A DNA stretch of 64,000 bases from Candidatus Omnitrophota bacterium (GTDB lineage: Bacteria; Omnitrophota; Omnitrophia; Omnitrophales; Aquincolibacteriaceae). Within the stretch, counting starts at the first letter, position 1; every line of letters starts with the position of its first letter. The position numbers and the translations under genes were made by a program. This document shows, in pieces, positions 9,584 through 17,716 of the stretch. The notes beneath the pieces are model-generated. The model made no database searches. It saw only the letters and a list, made by a program, of their open reading frames with translations, and was not told where the DNA came from. Where the stretch lies: the NCBI GenBank assembly GCA_903884815.1, contig CAISGE010000027.1, forward strand, positions 18,780 to 82,779, in the 5' to 3' direction.

Positions 9584-11010
9584 TGGGAAAATCGGACGGT
9601 TTCTTAGAATACAAACGGTCTCTCGCACCCAAACGCCCTGTCCAAGAGCGTCTCAAGGACTATAAGGAGATCACCAAGCCCCTCCTCACCGAAGAGATCA
9701 ACAAGCAGGGCGCGCGCTGCATGGACTGCGGCGTCCCGTTCTGCCATGCCATGGGTTGCCCCATTTATAATCTCATTCCTGAATGGAACGACGCTGTCTA
9801 CCGCGGTCTGTGGCACGACGCTTTTGAAAGACTCTCCCTTACGAACAATCTGCCGGAAGTAACCGGAAGAGTTTGCCCCGCGCCCTGCGAAGCGGCTTGC
9901 ACCATGGCGATCAATGAGGCCCCCGTCACCATCGAACAAATTGAGCTTTCCATTATTGAAAAAGCCTTCGCGGAAGGTTGGGTCAAACCCCAGCCCCCCG
10001 CAAAAGAGACCGGAAAAAAGATCGCCATCGTGGGTTCCGGCCCTGCAGGACTTTCCGCCGCCCAACAGCTTCGCCGGATGGGACACAGTGTCACCCTTTA
10101 TGAAAAGTCGTCCAAGATCGGAGGACTGCTCCGTTTTGGGATTCCGGATTTTAAACTTGAAAAGTCAGTACTTGACCGGCGCATGGAACAGATGCGAGCC
10201 GAAGGAGTCCGATTTGAAACCAATGTGGAAGTAGGCGTCACGATCACCGCAGAAGAACTGAAGATGAAGTTCGACGCGGTCCTCCTCACGATGGGCGCCG
10301 GAACTCCGCGTGATCTCCAGGTTCCGGGCCGCGAACTGTCCGGGGTTCACTACGCCATGGAATTCCTGACGCTTTCCAATAAGGCTGTTTCAGGCGAGAT
10401 CAAACAGGACGCGATTATTTCTGCGAAAGGGAAGACTGTTCTTGTGATCGGCGGCGGAGACACGGGCTCCGATTGTGTCGGTACATCGAACCGCCAGGGC
10501 GCGAAAAAAGTTTGTCAATTTGAGATCCTCCCCAAACCCCGCGACTGGAAAGAACCCTGGAATCCCTCGTGGCCCAACTGGCCCCTCATTCTCCGCACAT
10601 CGACTTCCCACGAGGAAGGCTGCGAACGCGACTGGGCTATTACCACCAAGAAGATCACGGGAAAAGAAGGCAAAGTTCATGAAGTTCATTGTGCGCGCGT
10701 GGAATGGACCCGGGATGCGGTCACGGGGCAGTATTCCATGAAAGAGATACCGGGTTCAGAATTTGTTCTCCAAGCCGACCTCGTGCTCCTCGCGATGGGC
10801 TTTGTCCATGTCGAGCACTCCAAGCTTTTGACGGATCTTGGGGTTCAATACGATGCGCGGGGCAACATTCAGACAAATGGCAATTTCATGAGCACCGTCC
10901 CCGGTGTTTTTGGAGCCGGAGATACGGTTCGCGGAGCCTCGCTCGTGGTTTGGGCTATCAGCCAGGGACGCCAGGCCGCCCAGGCCATGGATGCTTTTTT
11001 AAAGTCTTAG
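9583..11010 (+). CDS. gltD: glutamate synthase small subunit (NADPH-dependent oxidoreductase beta chain)
   Basis: 475 aa. Cys cluster CMDCGVPFC and CPAPCE, FAD/NAD Rossmann motifs GSGPAGL and GGGDTGSDC. Collinear with E. coli GltD. Confidence 0.95.
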   Translation: MGKSDGFLEYKRSLAPKRPVQERLKDYKEITKPLLTEEINKQGARCMDCGVPFCHAMGCPIYNLIPEWNDAVYRGLWHDAFERLSLTNNLPEVTGRVCPAPCEAACTMAINEAPVTIEQIELSIIEKAFAEGWVKPQPPAKETGKKIAIVGSGPAGLSAAQQLRRMGHSVTLYEKSSKIGGLLRFGIPDFKLEKSVLDRRMEQMRAEGVRFETNVEVGVTITAEELKMKFDAVLLTMGAGTPRDLQVPGRELSGVHYAMEFLTLSNKAVSGEIKQDAIISAKGKTVLVIGGGDTGSDCVGTSNRQGAKKVCQFEILPKPRDWKEPWNPSWPNWPLILRTSTSHEEGCERDWAITTKKITGKEGKVHEVHCARVEWTRDAVTGQYSMKEIPGSEFVLQADLVLLAMGFVHVEHSKLLTDLGVQYDARGNIQTNGNFMSTVPGVFGAGDTVRGASLVVWAISQGRQAAQAMDAFLKS

Positions 11011-11011
11011 C

Positions 11012-11039
11012 TTCGATTCGTGGCTTCTTCTGCTATAAT
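11012..11039 (+). promoter_or_regulatory. putative promoter for tRNA-Thr: weak -35 TTCGAT, 16-nt spacer, extended -10 TGcTATAAT
   Basis: TGCTATAAT at 11031-11039, about 20 nt upstream of the tRNA 5' end. Confidence 0.4.
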
Positions 11040-11058
11040 TCCGACCATCCCGGTTCAT

Positions 11059-11131
<73 letters not shown>

Positions 11132-11140
11132 TTCTTTAAA

Positions 11141-11192
11141 GTGACAGGCCGCTTCCACCTCGTGGAATCAATTGTGGCCCGTCACTTTTTTT
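11141..11192. terminator. hairpin (GTGACAGGCC...GGCCCGTCAC, one mismatch) followed by T7. Likely a terminator for tRNA-Thr and positioned at the 3' end of convergent rpoN.
   Basis: Seen directly: 10-bp stem, large loop containing a sub-hairpin, TTTTTTT at 11186-11192. Confidence 0.45.
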
Positions 11193-12624
11193 ATTTTCGC
11201 CGGCGGAGATGGGTGGGGAGGATTTTGAGGGTCTCGCGGTATTTCGCGACAGTACGCCGGGCCAGAGTAACGCCTTCATCTTTAAGGGCTTTCACCACGG
11301 CCAGGTCGCTCAGGGGGCGGCGCGGATCTTCTTTCGCGATGACCGCGCGTATTCGCTCCATAATACTTTTTTGAGATTCTTCCTGACTATTCTCCGTCCC
11401 CACCTTCTGAGAAAAAAAACTTTTGTAGGGAATCGTGCCCTGCGGCGTCTTGAGATACTTTCCGTGGATCGCGCGACTGATCGTGGATTCATGAAGGTTG
11501 AGCCGCTCCGCAATGTCCTTCAGCCGTAACGGGCGCAACTCGGCAAAACCGCGGGTAAAAAAAAGCGGTTGAGCCCGGACGATCTCCTCGGTGATCAACT
11601 TGAGAGTAGAACCTCGTAATTCAATAGCTTTCAGAAAATCCATGCCACTGGCCAGACGGGTTTTAAGGAATTCCTTGGTCTTCCCGTCCAAACCCTTCTC
11701 CCGCATCATGCTCCGGTATTCCGCGTTGATCCTTAGTTCCGGGATCAAATCCCGGTGGATCTCGATCTCGAGTCCTTCGTCCGTACCGTCCTTGATCGAG
11801 ACCGAAGCATCCGGAGTCACCGCGATCGCATCTTCCACGTAAAAACTTCGCCCCGGCTTGGGGTCGAGCCTTGAAATCAACTCCAAAGCCTTTTGAATGG
11901 CCTGCTCACTCACGCAAAAGATCTTGGCTAGCATCTTTCCGTCGTGCTTGGCAAGAAGATCCATATGTTCGCGGACGATCTCCCTGGCAAGTGTCGCCTC
12001 GGGACCCTTGCGTTCCAGTTGGATCAACAAAGCTTCACGAAGATCGCGCGCACCGACCCCGGGAGGATCCAGGCTCTGAACTTTCCGAAGAACCTCCTCG
12101 ACTTCGGGAAGGGAAGTCTTGGTCGAAGACGCGATATCCTCGAGTGTCGATTTCAGATAGCCATCGGGATCGATATTTCCGATAAGCTCGGAGGCGATCT
12201 TTTTCTGGCCGTCATCGAGATCGAGAAAAGGGGCCTGCCACTCGAGATAATCAAACAAGCTTTCGGCTTTCGTGATCAGGGTTTCCTGGAAATCCAGGAT
12301 CTTGCGGGTGTCTTCCGGCTTGCGCTTTGACAAGTCCGGAGGAAGATTTGTAAAAGATAAGGGATCCTTGGCGCCCCAATCATCGGGAAGTGATTCTTCC
12401 GAATCTGGGTCCTCATTCAATTTGTGGTCGGCCGTTGACGAAGCCTCGCCCTCTTCGATCTCCGCCGGGCGCACGCTCTCCTCAAGCATCGGATTCTCTT
12501 CCAGGGCTTCTTCGACCGCTTGGCGGAGATCCTCGATCGGCAGATGTAGCAGGCGCAAATACACGCGCATTTGCGGGGATAGAGCCATCTTTTGGGATTG
12601 GGACTGACTGAATTCGTGTCGCAT
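11191..12624 (-). CDS. rpoN: RNA polymerase sigma-54 factor
   Basis: C-terminal RpoN box ARRTVAKYRE and an HTH, N-terminal Gln/Leu-rich region I. Start chosen at MRHEFSQSQSQKMALSPQ (12624); an alternative is 12588. The ORF-track extension to 12846 would run into accD. Confidence 0.9.
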   Translation of the reverse strand: MRHEFSQSQSQKMALSPQMRVYLRLLHLPIEDLRQAVEEALEENPMLEESVRPAEIEEGEASSTADHKLNEDPDSEESLPDDWGAKDPLSFTNLPPDLSKRKPEDTRKILDFQETLITKAESLFDYLEWQAPFLDLDDGQKKIASELIGNIDPDGYLKSTLEDIASSTKTSLPEVEEVLRKVQSLDPPGVGARDLREALLIQLERKGPEATLAREIVREHMDLLAKHDGKMLAKIFCVSEQAIQKALELISRLDPKPGRSFYVEDAIAVTPDASVSIKDGTDEGLEIEIHRDLIPELRINAEYRSMMREKGLDGKTKEFLKTRLASGMDFLKAIELRGSTLKLITEEIVRAQPLFFTRGFAELRPLRLKDIAERLNLHESTISRAIHGKYLKTPQGTIPYKSFFSQKVGTENSQEESQKSIMERIRAVIAKEDPRRPLSDLAVVKALKDEGVTLARRTVAKYRETLKILPTHLRRRK

Positions 12625-12630
12625 GCTGAG

Positions 12631-12659
12631 AACATAGCACGACATAAAATCGTTGTAAA
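12631..12659 (-). promoter_or_regulatory. putative rpoN promoter TTTACA-17-TATGTT; the -10 ends 6 nt before the ATG at 12624, so the transcript would be leaderless
   Basis: Read on the minus strand. No Shine-Dalgarno sequence upstream of either candidate start. Confidence 0.3.
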
Positions 12660-12694
12660 GCCACGAGATTTCTCGACTTAGGGGGAAAAAGGAT

Positions 12695-12722
12695 TTGACA
12701 CCCCCCTCGATTTTTTTATAAT
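12695..12722 (+). promoter_or_regulatory. consensus sigma-70 promoter TTGACA-16nt-TATAAT driving accD
   Basis: Perfect hexamers: TTGACA 12695-12700, TATAAT 12717-12722. Confidence 0.55.
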
Positions 12723-12748
12723 GTCTGTGCCTTATTCGAAACGCTTTG

Positions 12749-12792
12749 CCACGAGACAGCTTCTTTGTCGAGGTCCTTCTCGTGGTTTTTTT
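12749..12792 (+). terminator. terminator-like hairpin (CCACGAGA...TCTCGTGG) plus T7 inside the accD 5' leader. Possible attenuator or autoregulatory structure.
   Basis: Seen directly: 8-bp perfect stem, 21-nt loop, TTTTTTT at 12786-12792, located between the promoter and the accD ATG at 12834. Confidence 0.4.
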
Positions 12793-12833
12793 GTATGGGG
12801 GAATCCCCCCTGATTCCAAAGAGAGATCGCACA

Positions 12834-13670
12834 ATGCCTCACACACCTGCGTTGCTTGTGACTAAAGGACTTAGAAAAAATAGCATGCCCGTCGGCTTGT
12901 GGACGAAATGTCCCAGCTGCCAGTCGGTCATGTTCAATAAAACTCTCAAAGAAAATCTGCTCGTCTGCACGAAATGCGCCTATCACTTTATCATGGGTGC
13001 CATGGAAAGAATTCACCATCTCGCGGACCCCGACACGTTCGTCGAAAGGGATGCCGACCTCCGCTCCGAAGACCCGCTCAAGTTCTCCGCCGTCAAGGCC
13101 TATACTGAAAAGGTCAAAGCTGATCAAAAAAAGACCGGATTAAAAGAAGCCTGCGTCATCGGAACCGCCAAGATCCACGGCAAAGCCTGTGCGTTGGGCG
13201 TGACGGACTCCCGGTTCATCATGGGTTCCATGGGATCCGTCGTTGGGGAAAAGATCACCCGTCTGATCGAGCATGCCCTTGAGCAAAAACTTCCGCTTAT
13301 CATTGTTTCCGGATCCGGAGGCGGCGCGCGCATGTATGAGGGCGCTCTCAGTCTCATGCAAATGGCGAAAACCTCCGTCGCTCTCGCGCGTTACCAAAAG
13401 GAAGGATTGTCATTCATCTCAGTGCTCACGAATCCCACCATGGGCGGCGTCATGGCGAGTTTTGCGTCACTCGGCGATATCATTGTTGCGGAACCACGAG
13501 CACTCTTGGGCTTCGCGGGACCGCGCGTTATTGAACAGACGATCCGCCAAAAACTTCCCGCGGACTTCCAAACTTCAGAATTCCTGATGGAACACGGCTT
13601 TGTGGACATGGTGGTGGAACGGCAGGACCTGAAGCAAAAGCTCGGCCTTTTACTCGAATATCTTTCCTGA
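12834..13670 (+). CDS. accD: acetyl-CoA carboxylase carboxyltransferase subunit beta
   Basis: N-terminal Zn ribbon CPSC...CTKC. Carboxyltransferase core GSMGSVVGEK and FAGPRVIEQT. Start at MPHTPALL, collinear with E. coli AccD. Confidence 0.9.
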   Translation: MPHTPALLVTKGLRKNSMPVGLWTKCPSCQSVMFNKTLKENLLVCTKCAYHFIMGAMERIHHLADPDTFVERDADLRSEDPLKFSAVKAYTEKVKADQKKTGLKEACVIGTAKIHGKACALGVTDSRFIMGSMGSVVGEKITRLIEHALEQKLPLIIVSGSGGGARMYEGALSLMQMAKTSVALARYQKEGLSFISVLTNPTMGGVMASFASLGDIIVAEPRALLGFAGPRVIEQTIRQKLPADFQTSEFLMEHGFVDMVVERQDLKQKLGLLLEYLS

Positions 13671-13691
13671 TCCACTCACAAGAGGATTCCC

Positions 13692-14798
13692 GTGGCGAAC
13701 GTCACTTTAAAGAACGTTTCTAAGAGTTACAAGGACGGCGTCCGGGCAGTCAATAATGTCAGCCTTGAGATCGCGGACCGGGAGTTCGTGGTACTCGTCG
13801 GGCCTTCAGGTTGCGGAAAATCCACTACGCTGCGGATGATGGCTGGGCTCGAGGAGATCACCGATGGAGAGATCTTCATTGAGAACGTCCTGGTGAACCA
13901 TGTCCCCGCCAAGAACCGCGATATCGCGATGGTGTTCCAGAATTACGCGCTTTACCCTCACATGACCGTTTATGAGAATCTCGCCTTCGGCCTAAAATTG
14001 CGCCGTTACCCTCGAAAAGAGATCGAGCGACGCGTTCACGAATCTGCCGAGATCCTAGGCTTGACCATGGAGATGCTGAAGCGACGCCCCAAGGAACTTT
14101 CCGGTGGTGAGCGTCAGCGGGTGGCCGTAGGCCGCGCGATCGTCCGCAAACCCAAAGTGTTTCTCTTTGATGAACCTCTCAGCAACTTGGACGCCAAACT
14201 CCGGGTGCAAATGCGCATGGAACTTCAGAAACTGCACAACCGTCTCCAGTCCACCATGGTCTATGTGACACACGACCAGGTTGAGGCTCTGACACTTGGT
14301 GACCGCATCGTCGTGATGCACCACGGCCTCGTCCAGCAGGTGGCCGATCCGGTGAATCTCTACGAACGGCCCCACAACAAGTTCGTCGCGGGTTTTATCG
14401 GCTCTCCGCCGATGAATTTCCTCAAAGGCACGATCCTCGCGGAAGACGGGGACTATTATTTTCAGGATCGGAATATCAAACTGCGCATCCTGCCGCACTT
14501 TTATTCGAGAATCGCGCAGTTCAAAGGCCAATCGCTCACCATGGGCATACGCCCCGAGGATATTTACGATAAAATCTTCGCTCAAGACGCCCGTCCCGAA
14601 TTCACGATCACGGCCACGGTCGACGTAGTCGAACCGATGGGCTCCGAAATCTATCTCTATCTGACCTGCGGCACAAACAATTTCGTGGTTCGCGTTTCAA
14701 ACCAGGACACCGCGGCTATGAACCAGGACCTTCAGGTAGTCTTTGATATGAGCAAGGCACATTTCTTTGATCCTCAAACAGGCGTTGCAATCTCATAA
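13692..14798 (+). CDS. ABC transporter ATP-binding protein, MalK/UgpC/MsmK type, with a C-terminal regulatory (TOBE) domain
   Basis: Walker A GPSGCGKST, signature LSGGERQR, Walker B VFLFDEPLSNLD. About 368 aa. No permease or binding-protein gene adjacent. Confidence 0.9.
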   Translation: MANVTLKNVSKSYKDGVRAVNNVSLEIADREFVVLVGPSGCGKSTTLRMMAGLEEITDGEIFIENVLVNHVPAKNRDIAMVFQNYALYPHMTVYENLAFGLKLRRYPRKEIERRVHESAEILGLTMEMLKRRPKELSGGERQRVAVGRAIVRKPKVFLFDEPLSNLDAKLRVQMRMELQKLHNRLQSTMVYVTHDQVEALTLGDRIVVMHHGLVQQVADPVNLYERPHNKFVAGFIGSPPMNFLKGTILAEDGDYYFQDRNIKLRILPHFYSRIAQFKGQSLTMGIRPEDIYDKIFAQDARPEFTITATVDVVEPMGSEIYLYLTCGTNNFVVRVSNQDTAAMNQDLQVVFDMSKAHFFDPQTGVAIS

Positions 14799-14837
14799 GT
14801 GACAAAGGCCTATCCTTGTCTGAATGTTGCCTCTCCA

Positions 14838-14877
14838 AGGGTTGACAAGGACGGTCCTGACTATCATTTTCAACCCT
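14838..14877. promoter_or_regulatory. nested palindrome (AGGGTTGA...TCAACCCT enclosing AGGAC-G-GTCCT) upstream of the first GGDEF gene
   Basis: Seen directly. Possible operator or terminator for the ABC ATPase gene. Confidence 0.3.
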
Positions 14878-14906
14878 CCGAATTTGATAAGAATTGGGAC
14901 TAAGTC

Positions 14907-16352
14907 ATGGGCTCACAGACCCGTCGTCAAGTCGCGTTCGCGTTCGGCGTAGGCGCCGGCTTACTCCTTATATTTCTTGTTATTTACTCCCTCGCGCAGC
15001 TTAAAAACACGGAAGTTCCCGAGATCCACCTCCAACGCATTGCGGTTATCCTGACCGCTTTTTCTATAACTCTTTTCACTACGTGGTGGCGCTTCAAGTG
15101 GGTCGGAGTCAATCTTCTCGCGGCCCTCATTCTTATACCACTAGTGCTCTTTGTCGTCTCGGTCACGAAGATCCCTGTGTTCCTTTGGATCCTTTTGGTT
15201 TACGGGGTCATACTCTTTGTCCTCCACCGCACCGATCAACACTTCGAAAACCAGATCGCGATGCTCGGGATCGAACAGGAAAAATACGAGGATGAAACAA
15301 ATAATCTCAGTCTGGCGTTCAAGGCCAAAGGCGAAGGAATCAGCACTTTCTTTGAGAAATACTCCACTTATTACAATCTCCGCAAACTCGCGGAAGAACT
15401 GACGGTCAGCATCTCTTGGGCCGATCTCGCGCAAAAGGCGGTCGACCGCGCAATGGATTTTATCCCACGTGGTGATTTCGCAAAGATCGCACTAGCGCAC
15501 GGTGAGGAAAAAAAACTCCCTGTGGTGGCCAGACGCCGGTTGCGTCCCGTGGGAAACTGGAATGCGAAGCAAGGGGACCTTTTTGACTTTTGGTGCATCA
15601 AGAATCGCAAGCGCCTGATCATTATGGACACCCAGGAAGACTTCCGGTTCGTCCTGAGCGATTCAGAAAAAAAAGACAATGTGCGCAGCTTGATCGTCGC
15701 GCCGCTCTTCCATGAAGGCCGCGTGGCGGGGACGATCGCAATCCACGCGACGCGCCCCAATGTTTTCAGCCATGATGACCTCCGGCTACTGGACGCTATC
15801 GCCACGCTGGCATCCTCGGCCATCTCCAATGCGATCCTTTACGAGAAGACCGAAGAATTGGCGATCAAGGATTCATTGACGGGGCTTTTCGTGAGGCGTT
15901 ATTTTTTCGAACGTCTCAAAGAAGAACATCGCCGCGCGCTCCTCAACCAGAAAGACCTTTCTTTCCTGATGTGCGACTTAGATCATTTCAAAGAATGCAA
16001 CGACAAGTTCGGCCATCAGGGCGGTGATCTGATGCTGGTCCAATTCGCGGAGATTCTCACCCAATGTCTAAAAGGTTCCCTTCTGGCTCGCTATGGCGGA
16101 GAGGAATTCGCGATCCTACTGCCGGAAACGACGAAAGCAGAAGCCCTGAAAATTTCCGAGCAAGTCCGGAAAGCGGTCGAGGGATCGGACTTCAACATCC
16201 GACGTGAAAAGGTCAAAATGACGGTCTCCATAGGAGTCGCGAACCTTCCCGATGACACCCTGGATGCTGAGAATCTTGTCCAAAAAGCGGATCAGGCGCT
16301 TTACCGCGCGAAAAGGGAAGGGAGGAACCGCGTATGCGCGTCCACTTCTTAA
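14907..16352 (+). CDS. membrane-anchored GAF-like / GGDEF diguanylate cyclase (active-site GGEEF, no RxxD I-site)
   Basis: N-terminal TM helices. RYGGEEF with upstream DxLTGL and downstream KxxLYRAK(R)EGRNR. Confidence 0.85.
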   Translation: MGSQTRRQVAFAFGVGAGLLLIFLVIYSLAQLKNTEVPEIHLQRIAVILTAFSITLFTTWWRFKWVGVNLLAALILIPLVLFVVSVTKIPVFLWILLVYGVILFVLHRTDQHFENQIAMLGIEQEKYEDETNNLSLAFKAKGEGISTFFEKYSTYYNLRKLAEELTVSISWADLAQKAVDRAMDFIPRGDFAKIALAHGEEKKLPVVARRRLRPVGNWNAKQGDLFDFWCIKNRKRLIIMDTQEDFRFVLSDSEKKDNVRSLIVAPLFHEGRVAGTIAIHATRPNVFSHDDLRLLDAIATLASSAISNAILYEKTEELAIKDSLTGLFVRRYFFERLKEEHRRALLNQKDLSFLMCDLDHFKECNDKFGHQGGDLMLVQFAEILTQCLKGSLLARYGGEEFAILLPETTKAEALKISEQVRKAVEGSDFNIRREKVKMTVSIGVANLPDDTLDAENLVQKADQALYRAKREGRNRVCASTS

Positions 16353-17716
16353 TCCTTTTGTGCCTCGGGGCGCTCATGGCCTTCGTTGTCTGGCAATCCC
16401 AGGAGGTCATTCTGGCCTATTACCTCCTTTCAGCTTTCTGGCTTATGCCTCTTTTCTATTTTTGGAAATCAAAGACGTATCCGATGCTCGCCTTCGCAAC
16501 GATTGGCGTTCTTTGTCTTCATGGATATTTTTTCAAGTTCAATCCTTCCCTGAGGATCGTTGCCCTCGGCATCTTTCAAATTTTTCTTTTTTTGGGGTTC
16601 TCGTATTACTGGTGGGAGCTTAAGCGTTTTCATGACCGCGCCGTCGCCTCCAAAGAACATATTCGCAAGAGCCTTGAATCTTTTCAGGCTAAGTATCAGA
16701 CACGCCTCGGCAGTTTACGCCATCTAGAGATCCAAGTAAGCAGCCTGATGAATCTTTTTGAGATCGCCCGGGATTTTAGCGAATGCATGGATTTCAAAAC
16801 GCTGGCCGAGTTTCTGTTGAAAAAACTTCGCTCGGAACTCGTCTTCGACAAAATGGCGATTTATCTTTTGCCGCGATCGGGTCCCTCCCAGGGGACAGCT
16901 CTTGCAAGGATTCACTCCATGCTACAGGAGGGGGTCCAGGAGGAAGAGCGCGCGCTTACGGAGACGGAGCAAAAACATTTTACAGCGATGGCACTCTCGA
17001 AGGCCATGCTCCGCGATGAGGACAAATGGTATTTCCCAATCCTCGAATCGGGGGAAATCATCGCTGTGTTTGCGGTCCATGGTATCAAAGAAGAAGATTT
17101 GGCCCGCGTCGAAGTCTTAAGCGCTTATCTCGTGCTTTTGATCAAAAAGATCAAGCTCTACGAAACGGTCCGGGAACTGGCGATCGTGGACGAATTGACC
17201 CAGGTTTTCGTGCGCCATCACTTTCTCGTGCGTCTTGAGGAAGAATTACGCCGTAGTATCCGCTTCAAGCTCCCGATGACGGTATTAATGTTAGACATCG
17301 ATCATTTCAAAAGATATAATGACGACTTCGGACACCTCGTCGGTGATGCGACGCTTAAAGAAGTCGCGAATCTCCTCAAAAACAGCTTGCGCCGGGTGGA
17401 TCTTGTAGGCCGTTATGGTGGGGAAGAGTTCATCGTGGCCATGCCGGAGACGAGGATCGCTAACGCCGCAGAAGTCGCCGAACGTATTCGCTCCAGCATC
17501 GCGCGGCATGACTTTCAGGTCTATAACGTCAGGACCAAAGTGACCGTTAGCCAGGGGATCATGGTCTTTGACGGAGAAGATACGGCTGCAACAGCGGGCC
17601 TTGATCCAAAAGAAATTGTGGCGGAACTAATTAGGAAAGCGGACGAATCCATGTACCGCGCTAAAGAAGAAGGCCGCAATCGCGTTTGTCTTCATAAGGA
17701 TGCCAAGAAACCGTGA
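16334..17716 (+). CDS. second membrane-anchored GGDEF diguanylate cyclase (GGEEF with an RRVD I-site), paralogous to the upstream gene and overlapping it by 19 nt
   Basis: RYGGEEF preceded by RRVDLVG (RxxD). Same architecture as the upstream gene. Confidence 0.85.
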   Translation: MRVHFLILLCLGALMAFVVWQSQEVILAYYLLSAFWLMPLFYFWKSKTYPMLAFATIGVLCLHGYFFKFNPSLRIVALGIFQIFLFLGFSYYWWELKRFHDRAVASKEHIRKSLESFQAKYQTRLGSLRHLEIQVSSLMNLFEIARDFSECMDFKTLAEFLLKKLRSELVFDKMAIYLLPRSGPSQGTALARIHSMLQEGVQEEERALTETEQKHFTAMALSKAMLRDEDKWYFPILESGEIIAVFAVHGIKEEDLARVEVLSAYLVLLIKKIKLYETVRELAIVDELTQVFVRHHFLVRLEEELRRSIRFKLPMTVLMLDIDHFKRYNDDFGHLVGDATLKEVANLLKNSLRRVDLVGRYGGEEFIVAMPETRIANAAEVAERIRSSIARHDFQVYNVRTKVTVSQGIMVFDGEDTAATAGLDPKEIVAELIRKADESMYRAKEEGRNRVCLHKDAKKP

